Source: an uncultured Chloroflexia bacterium (lineage in GTDB: Bacteria; Chloroflexota; Limnocylindria; Limnocylindrales; CSP1-4). Taken from it: DNA of 64,000 nt. The stretch covers positions 288,001-352,000 of the forward strand of contig CAVTHS010000003.1 in NCBI GenBank assembly GCA_963734535.1, in the 5' to 3' direction. The notes beneath the pieces are model-generated. The model did not search any database. It had not been told where the DNA came from and saw nothing but the letters and a program-made list of their open reading frames with translations. The position numbers were made by a program, and so were the translations under genes. Of this stretch, positions 57,745-64,000 are shown piece after piece; within the stretch, counting starts at the first letter, position 1; each line of letters begins with the position of its first letter.

Positions 57745-60107
57745 TGGACGCCAAGTCGATCGCCCTCCTCGAGTTCCCGCTCATCCGCGAACGCCTCGCG
57801 GCCGCGGCCGGGTTCGGGCCGGGCCGGAGGCTCGCGGCGGCGATCGCTCCGTCCGCGGACCCCGTGCTCGTCGAGATCGGCCTCGACGAGACGTCGCAGA
57901 CGCGCGAGCTCCTCGCCGAGAAGCCCCAGGCGGGAATCGGCGGCGCCGCGGACATCGGACCGGCCGTGGAACGCGCCGCCCGGGGCGGCCGCCTCGACGC
58001 CGCCCAGTTCGCCTCGATCGCCACGACGCTCGAGGCGGGCTCGCGGCTCCGCGACGCGCTCGCCGGCGACCGGCGGCCCCTCCTCGGCGCGCTCGCCCGC
58101 GATCTCCACGGGCTGCCCGCCCTGCGCTCGACGCTGGAGCGCAGCTTCGACCCGGTCGGCGAGCTTCTCGACACGGCGTCGGCGCGGCTCGGCGGCCTGC
58201 GCAGGGCCACCCGGCATGCCTACGAGCGCCTCCGGAGCCGCCTCGAGCAGCTGGTCCACTCGACGGATGTCGGGGCGGCTCTCCAGGACCCCATCATCAC
58301 CCTCCGGAACGGCAGGTACGTGGTGCCGGTCCGGGCCGACTCGCGAAGCCGCGTCAAGGGAATCGTCCACGACGCGTCGGGGAGCGGCCAGACCCTGTTC
58401 GTGGAGCCGCTCGTGGCCGTCGAGCTGGGGAATGCATGGCGGGAGGCACAGGTCGCGGAGCAGCAGGAGATCGAGCGGATCCTCGACGAGCTCTCGGCGC
58501 TCGTCGGCAGCCAGGCGGGGCCGCTCCTGGAGCTGCTCGGCGCGCTCGCCCGGTTCGACCTGTGGAGCGCCAAGGCGCGCCTCGCCGAGGAGATGGACGC
58601 GACCCGTGCCGAGCTGGGAACGCGCACGGAGATCATCCTCAAGGGCGCCCGCCATCCCGGGCTGACCGGACGCGTCGTCCCCATCGACGTGGAGCTCGGC
58701 ACCGACTTCCAGGCGCTCCTCGTCACGGGCCCCAACACGGGCGGCAAGACCGTGACGCTCCGGACGCTCGGCCTGCTCGCGCTCATGCACCAGGCCGGCC
58801 TGCACGTCCCCGCCGATCCCGGGAGCCGCCTGCCGGTCCTGCGCGACGTGTTCGCCGACATCGGCGACGAGCAGTCCGTCGCCCAGTCGCTCTCGACCTT
58901 CTCGGGGCACCTCCGCTCGATCGTCCGGATCTCGGAGGAAGCCGGTCCGGGCACGCTCGTGCTGCTCGACGAGCTGGGTGCCGGGACCGACCCGACCGAG
59001 GGTTCGGCGCTGGCGCAGGCGCTCCTGGACCACTTCCTGCGGGCGGGCGCGCTCGTGGCGGCCACGACCCACTACGCCGAGCTGAAGGTCTACGCGCACA
59101 CGACGCCGAAGGTCCGGAACGCGTCGGTCGAGTTCGACCTGCAGACGCTGAGCCCCACGTACCGGCTCCGGATCGGCCTGCCGGGCGGCAGCCAGGCGTT
59201 CGCGATCGCCGAGCGGCTCGGTCTCGCGTTGTCGATCGTCGACGAGGCGCGCGGGCGGCTGACCGAGGGCCAGAAGGCATTCGAGGAGACCCTCGCATCC
59301 ATCCGGGAGGCCGACACGGCCGCCCAGACGGCGCTCGACCGGGCCCGGGCCGCGGAGATCAGGGCCACCGAGGCGCAGCGGACCGCGGACGAGGAGCGCC
59401 GGCGCGCCCGCAAGGATCGCGATGCGGCGGTGGCATCCGCGCGGGCTGACGCGGAGCGGATGGTCGACGACCTCCGGTCGGAGATCCGCGGCGCCCGGCG
59501 CCGCCTGGAACGCGAGACGGTCACGGCACCCGCGCTCGACGAGGTCATGGAACGGGCCGAGGCGCACCTTGCGCGACTCCCCGAATCGACGCCCGCGCCC
59601 GTCGCTCCCGAGCCCGGCGAGCCCGTCGATTGGCGCGTCGGCGCCCGCGCACGGAGCCTCAGCCGCGGCTGGGAAGGGCGGATCGCTGCCCTGGAGCGGG
59701 GTGGCCGCCGGGCGACGCTCGAGGTCGGGGGCATGCGCGTCACGGTCGGCGTCGAGGATCTCGTGCCGGCCCTCGTCGACGCCGCTTCCGGCGGCCCGGG
59801 TCGACGGGAGCAGGCCGAGGAGGCCGCGTCGGGGATCACGGCCCTGCGACTGGACCGCGCCCGCTCCATCGCGTCATCGCTGGACGTCCGCGGCGCACGG
59901 GTGGACGAGGCGCTCGAGGTGGTGGGGCGCTACCTCGAGGACGGCGCCCTGGCTGGGCTGTCGAAAGCCACGATCATCCACGGGCATGGGACCGGAGCGC
60001 TCCGTGACGCGGTCCGTTCGATGGCCGCGGCACACCCGCTGGTCAGGTCCGCCCGGCCGGGCGAGCGCGGGGAGGGCGGCGACGGGGCGACCGTCGTCAC
60101 GTTCTAG
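57744..60107 (+). CDS. mutS2: Endonuclease MutS2
   Basis: GIVHDASGSGQTLFVEP, TGPNTGGKT, DIGDEQS, STFSGH, LDELGAGTDP, TTHY; Smr domain LDVRG..IIHGHGTG. Confidence 0.96.
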   Translation: MDAKSIALLEFPLIRERLAAAAGFGPGRRLAAAIAPSADPVLVEIGLDETSQTRELLAEKPQAGIGGAADIGPAVERAARGGRLDAAQFASIATTLEAGSRLRDALAGDRRPLLGALARDLHGLPALRSTLERSFDPVGELLDTASARLGGLRRATRHAYERLRSRLEQLVHSTDVGAALQDPIITLRNGRYVVPVRADSRSRVKGIVHDASGSGQTLFVEPLVAVELGNAWREAQVAEQQEIERILDELSALVGSQAGPLLELLGALARFDLWSAKARLAEEMDATRAELGTRTEIILKGARHPGLTGRVVPIDVELGTDFQALLVTGPNTGGKTVTLRTLGLLALMHQAGLHVPADPGSRLPVLRDVFADIGDEQSVAQSLSTFSGHLRSIVRISEEAGPGTLVLLDELGAGTDPTEGSALAQALLDHFLRAGALVAATTHYAELKVYAHTTPKVRNASVEFDLQTLSPTYRLRIGLPGGSQAFAIAERLGLALSIVDEARGRLTEGQKAFEETLASIREADTAAQTALDRARAAEIRATEAQRTADEERRRARKDRDAAVASARADAERMVDDLRSEIRGARRRLERETVTAPALDEVMERAEAHLARLPESTPAPVAPEPGEPVDWRVGARARSLSRGWEGRIAALERGGRRATLEVGGMRVTVGVEDLVPALVDAASGGPGRREQAEEAASGITALRLDRARSIASSLDVRGARVDEALEVVGRYLEDGALAGLSKATIIHGHGTGALRDAVRSMAAAHPLVRSARPGERGEGGDGATVVTF

Positions 60108-60123
60108 GATCCGTGAGCGCGCC

Positions 60124-62859
60124 TCAGGGCGACGGGCTGGGACGCCCGTGGCCGCCGCCGTTCGGAGGCGACGGTGAGGGTTGGGGCGGGGGTGACGGCG
60201 GGAAGGAATCGAGGGGTCCGAGGCTCGGGCACGGGTTGAACGGGTCGAGCGGGTCACACGACGGCCCGGGGGACGGGGACGGGACGAAGAGGTCGCAGGT
60301 CTTCGACGGCGGGAACGGGGCGCCCCAGGTCAGGCCGTACGGGTTCCAGACGCCGGTCTCGTAGAAGTAGCTCGTCCGCGTCTTCTGCGGCCCACCGGCA
60401 ACGCCCGAGCCGCGCCGGGCACGGGCGATCCAGCCGTCGTTGAACGTCTTCCACGCCGGGAAGTCCGTCTCGATGGCGCTGAGATCCAGGAAGCCCTTCA
60501 CCTCGGGCGGGCCTTCGCAGCCGTCCTGCCAGAGGTCGCCCGAGACCGAATCGACCTGGATGCCGACCTTGGTGTTGTCGACCTGGGTCGGGACGGTCCC
60601 GTCGATGAACCACTCCTTGACCGTCCTCGACGAGAAGGGCCCGGGCTTCATCCCGGAGTAGGCGTCGACGGTTGCCTGCACGACGCCCGGCGGCGACTGG
60701 AAGTCCGCGATCGGCTGGCCCTTCGTGGCCGCGGTCAGGAAGGACTGCCAGAGCGAGGCGGCCGATTCCAGGGAGACGACGCCGGCCGGCGGAGCGGAGT
60801 TGTCGGAGTTGCCCATCCAGGCCCCGACCACGAACGCCGGCGCCTTGGGGTCCTCGGGCGGGGCCAGGAAACCCATCGCCGTCAGGTCCTTCGTGTCGTT
60901 CGTCGTTCCCGTCTTGAGCGCCGCGGGTCGGCGGGTCGTGCCGTCCAGGATCGCGCGCTTGCTCCAGAACGGGTTCTGGGCCGGATCCGTGTTCCCGGCG
61001 AGGATGTCGGTCATGATGAACGCGGCCTGCGGGCTCACCGCGACCTTGCCCAGGGGGAGCGCGCCGGCCGGCGGCCAGATCTTCTGCCCGCTCGGGCTGC
61101 GGACCTCGAGGATCGTCGTGCGCGGCATGAGGACGCCGCCGTTCGCGATCGCGCCGTATGCGCTGATGAGGTCGATCATGTGGACCTCGAGGGTGCCGAG
61201 CGCGATCGAGGATCCGGCCTTGAAGGTCGATGACTGGTAGCGGAGGCCGAAGTCCTTCGAGCGCTGGAACACTCGTTCGGGCCCGATCTCGATCGCGGCC
61301 TTGACGGCCGGGATGTTGATCGACACGTGGATCGCGTCGCGCATCCTGACGGGCCCTCGCTCGAGGAGGTCGGCGTCGGTCGGCGTGTAGCCGCCCCCGA
61401 AGTCGGTCACGACGTCCATGAACAGCGACGCGGCGGTGAGCGAGTGGTCCTCGAGCCCCACGAGGTAGTTGATCGGCTTGAAGGCGGACCCGGGCTGCCG
61501 CCAGCCGTCCTCGAGCACGTCGAACTGAGGCTGGAACTTCTTGTTGCCCGGGAGGTAGAAGCCGGCGCTGCCCGTGTACGCGTAGACCTGGCCGGTGCGG
61601 TAGTCGATCGCCGCGAGCGCCCCGTTGTTGACGCCCGCGCCCACCAGGTGCTTGATCCAATCCTGGTAGGGGACGCCGACGGCCTTGACGTATGCCGCGG
61701 GATCCTTGGCATTCGGGCCCTGGGCGCCGGCCTGGGTCCACTTCTCGGCGAGTCGCTGCATCCGCCAGTCCAGCGTCGTGACGACGGTGAAGCCGCCCGT
61801 GTCGATCGCGGGGCAGTTGTCGGCGAGGGCGGCCGTACACAGGATCTCGCCGAGCTGGTGCCGGACCTGCAGCACGAACTGGGGAGCCAGCCAGCGCTGG
61901 TTGGCGGGTGGCGTGACCACCACCGGCTCCTGCATGGCCGCGTCGTAGTCGGCAGCCGAGTAGGTGCCCACCGTCAGCACGGCCCGCGTCCTCATGAGGC
62001 CCAGGATGTAGTTTCGCCGCTGCACGATCGGTGAGTCGGGGGGAACGACCAGGTGGACCTTGCCGTCGGCCCCGGTCTGCTCGACCGCGTTCTGGACCAG
62101 GTCGAACTCGGAGGGGGACTGCGGGATCGCGGCGAGGATCGCGGCCTGGGCCAGGGTCAGCTTCTTCAGGTCGCTGATGCCCCAGTAGCCGCGAGCGGCC
62201 GCGGCGACCCCGTAGCTGCTGTTTCCGTAGAAGTTCTGGTTCAGGTAGGCGGTGATGATCTCGCGCTTGCCCTCGACGCCGGGGAACTCCTGCGTCAGGC
62301 GCACCGACTGGATGATCTCGCGGATCTTCCGCTCGTATGTCGAGCCCTTGAACGCCGAGGCAGGCAGGAGCCGTGCCCGGACGAGCTGCTGGGTGATCGT
62401 CGAGGCGCCACGGGAGTTGCCGCTGAGCGTGTCCAGCCCCGCGGAGATGATCCCGGCTGGATCGAACCCGGCGTTGTCCCAGAAGGTCTTGTCCTCGATG
62501 GACGTGGTGGCGTCGACGATCGCGGGGTTGAGCTGGTCGAAGGTGACCACGTCGCGCTGCTCGCGCGCGAATGAGGCCAGCTGCACCTTCCCGCTCCGGT
62601 CGAGGACCGTCGTCGCCTGGTTGAAGACGAGGTTGCTGAAGACGTCCTTCGGATTCGGGAGGCCCTGGCTGTAGTAGCTGAACGCGGTCACGGCGCCCGC
62701 AAAGCCCACGATCCCGGCCACCAGGAAGGAAGCGAAGAGGAAGATGGGAAGCGCGATCGCGATCCGTGCGACGTTCTGATCGCCCGAGGACCGGCGGCCT
62801 GCGCCGTTCCGGCGGCGTCGTTGCCGTCGGGCAAGGCTGGTCTGCATGGCGTCCGTCAC
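60124..62859 (-). CDS. Class A penicillin-binding protein (transglycosylase/transpeptidase)
   Basis: IEDKTFW, GASTITQQL, RKIREI, YLNQNFYG; QPGSAFKP, SIN, KTGT. Confidence 0.93.
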   Translation of the reverse strand: MTDAMQTSLARRQRRRRNGAGRRSSGDQNVARIAIALPIFLFASFLVAGIVGFAGAVTAFSYYSQGLPNPKDVFSNLVFNQATTVLDRSGKVQLASFAREQRDVVTFDQLNPAIVDATTSIEDKTFWDNAGFDPAGIISAGLDTLSGNSRGASTITQQLVRARLLPASAFKGSTYERKIREIIQSVRLTQEFPGVEGKREIITAYLNQNFYGNSSYGVAAAARGYWGISDLKKLTLAQAAILAAIPQSPSEFDLVQNAVEQTGADGKVHLVVPPDSPIVQRRNYILGLMRTRAVLTVGTYSAADYDAAMQEPVVVTPPANQRWLAPQFVLQVRHQLGEILCTAALADNCPAIDTGGFTVVTTLDWRMQRLAEKWTQAGAQGPNAKDPAAYVKAVGVPYQDWIKHLVGAGVNNGALAAIDYRTGQVYAYTGSAGFYLPGNKKFQPQFDVLEDGWRQPGSAFKPINYLVGLEDHSLTAASLFMDVVTDFGGGYTPTDADLLERGPVRMRDAIHVSINIPAVKAAIEIGPERVFQRSKDFGLRYQSSTFKAGSSIALGTLEVHMIDLISAYGAIANGGVLMPRTTILEVRSPSGQKIWPPAGALPLGKVAVSPQAAFIMTDILAGNTDPAQNPFWSKRAILDGTTRRPAALKTGTTNDTKDLTAMGFLAPPEDPKAPAFVVGAWMGNSDNSAPPAGVVSLESAASLWQSFLTAATKGQPIADFQSPPGVVQATVDAYSGMKPGPFSSRTVKEWFIDGTVPTQVDNTKVGIQVDSVSGDLWQDGCEGPPEVKGFLDLSAIETDFPAWKTFNDGWIARARRGSGVAGGPQKTRTSYFYETGVWNPYGLTWGAPFPPSKTCDLFVPSPSPGPSCDPLDPFNPCPSLGPLDSFPPSPPPQPSPSPPNGGGHGRPSPSP

Positions 62860-62936
62860 GATAGCATAGGTGGCATGACCTCCCGATCGACCTCGCCGGC
62901 CCGGTTCGACGTGTCCGAGCCGCGAGATCGAAGCTC

Positions 62937-64000
62937 GTGAGCGCCCCCGGCCTCGCCGGCCTGCTCCCGGATCTGCGCTGGCGCGGGCTCGTCCACGCCA
63001 CGACCGACGGTCTCGAGGCGCGCCTCGCTTCGGGCCGGCCGCTTCGCGCCTACAACGGCTTCGATCCCACGTTCCGGTCGCTCCACGTGGGGCACCTGAT
63101 CCCGATCTTCGGGCTGGTGCGGCTCCAGCGGTTCGGGGGCCAGCCGGTTGCCGTCGTCGGTGGCGGCACCGGCATGATCGGCGACCCGTCGGGGCGATCG
63201 GCCGAGCGGCCGCTGCTCGATCGCTCGGCGATCGCGGCCAACCTCAACTCGATCCGGGATCAGCTCGCCCACTTCCTGGATTTCGCGCCCGGCCCGACGC
63301 AGGCGCTCGTGGTGAACAACCTCGACTGGCTCGGGGATGCCCGCCTGCTCGACTTCCTGCGCGATGTCGGCAAGCACTTCACGGTGCCGTACATGCTGGC
63401 CAAGGACTCGGTCCAGGTGCGCATCGAGAAGGGGCTCTCGTACACCGAGTTCAGCTACATGCTGCTGCAGGCAACCGACTTCCTGCACCTCCATCGGTCC
63501 TACGGGGTGGAGCTCCAGTGCGGCGGCGCGGACCAGTGGGGCAACATCACCGCGGGCCTCGAGCTGATCCGTCGCACGACGGGCGCGCGCCACGCGGAGG
63601 CCGACGGGGAGTCCGAGCCGGCCCACGGCCTTGCCTACCCGCTCCTGCTGAACGCCTCGGGCGCCAAGTTCGGGAAGAGCGAGTCCGGCGAGTCGATCTG
63701 GCTCGACGCCGGGCTCACCTCTCCATACCGCTTCTACCAGTACTGGCTCGACGCCGAGGACCGGGACGTCGGCACCTACCTGCGCTGGTTCACGCTCTTC
63801 GACCGCGTCCGCATCGAGGAGCTCGACGCCGAGCTCCTCGCGCATCCCGAGCGGCGCGAGGCCCAGCGCGCCCTTGCGCGTGACCTCACGGAGCGAACCC
63901 ACGGGCGCGGCGCGGCCGAGCGGGTGCGGCGCGTCAGCGAGCTCGTCTTCGGCGGGGACCCTGCTGCCGCCGATGCCCAGACCCTCGCCGACCTGGCCGC
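62937..64000 (+). CDS. tyrS: Tyrosyl-tRNA synthetase (3' truncated by window edge)
   Basis: Manual translation: DLRWRGL, YNGFDPT..SLHVGHL, GGTGMIGDPSG, SYTEFSYMLLQ, GGADQWGNI, KFGKS. Confidence 0.95.
   Translation, partial: MSAPGLAGLLPDLRWRGLVHATTDGLEARLASGRPLRAYNGFDPTFRSLHVGHLIPIFGLVRLQRFGGQPVAVVGGGTGMIGDPSGRSAERPLLDRSAIAANLNSIRDQLAHFLDFAPGPTQALVVNNLDWLGDARLLDFLRDVGKHFTVPYMLAKDSVQVRIEKGLSYTEFSYMLLQATDFLHLHRSYGVELQCGGADQWGNITAGLELIRRTTGARHAEADGESEPAHGLAYPLLLNASGAKFGKSESGESIWLDAGLTSPYRFYQYWLDAEDRDVGTYLRWFTLFDRVRIEELDAELLAHPERREAQRALARDLTERTHGRGAAERVRRVSELVFGGDPAAADAQTLADLA

Noticed and set aside
35355-63902. Long Arg/Pro/Gly-rich alternative-frame and antisense ORFs (e.g. 35355-38342, 35447-38188, 39617-41953, 60254-63001, 62856-63902)
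   Set aside because: Shadow ORFs expected at very high GC; they overlap well-supported genes.

Overview
High-GC bacterial chromosome segment. Gene content (T-box leader, MutS2, paired DUF881, DUF951, AcuC) suggests Chloroflexota, possibly Limnocylindria; this is an inference. Housekeeping blocks: moeA-moaC-mog, acyl-CoA dehydrogenase-etfBA, nrdR-dcd with an NrdR box, ccdA/TlpA, pxpABC, a Pat-AcuC-Acs acetylation cluster, and tRNA-Val/T-box/thrS-infC-rpmI-rplT-pheST-cvpA-mpg-mutS2, then a class A PBP and tyrS. Two accessory patches: about 16.5-23.2 kb after tRNA-Arg, and about 41.7-49.1 kb before tRNA-Val. The second is the highlight. Three copies of a 70-74 nt structured leader that align by eye with the c-di-GMP-II riboswitch (K-turn plus pseudoknot, with variant pocket bases) sit just upstream of a secreted protein and two SAM methyltransferases carrying signal-like N-termini. 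Beside them are paralogous membrane proteins (one with a CRP-like box), a membrane-anchored class III cyclase with non-canonical specificity residues, and an integrase remnant. Many genes at 3.9-21 kb and 42-44 kb carry frameshifts, possibly sequencing errors. All family calls come from motif recognition by eye; no searches were run.
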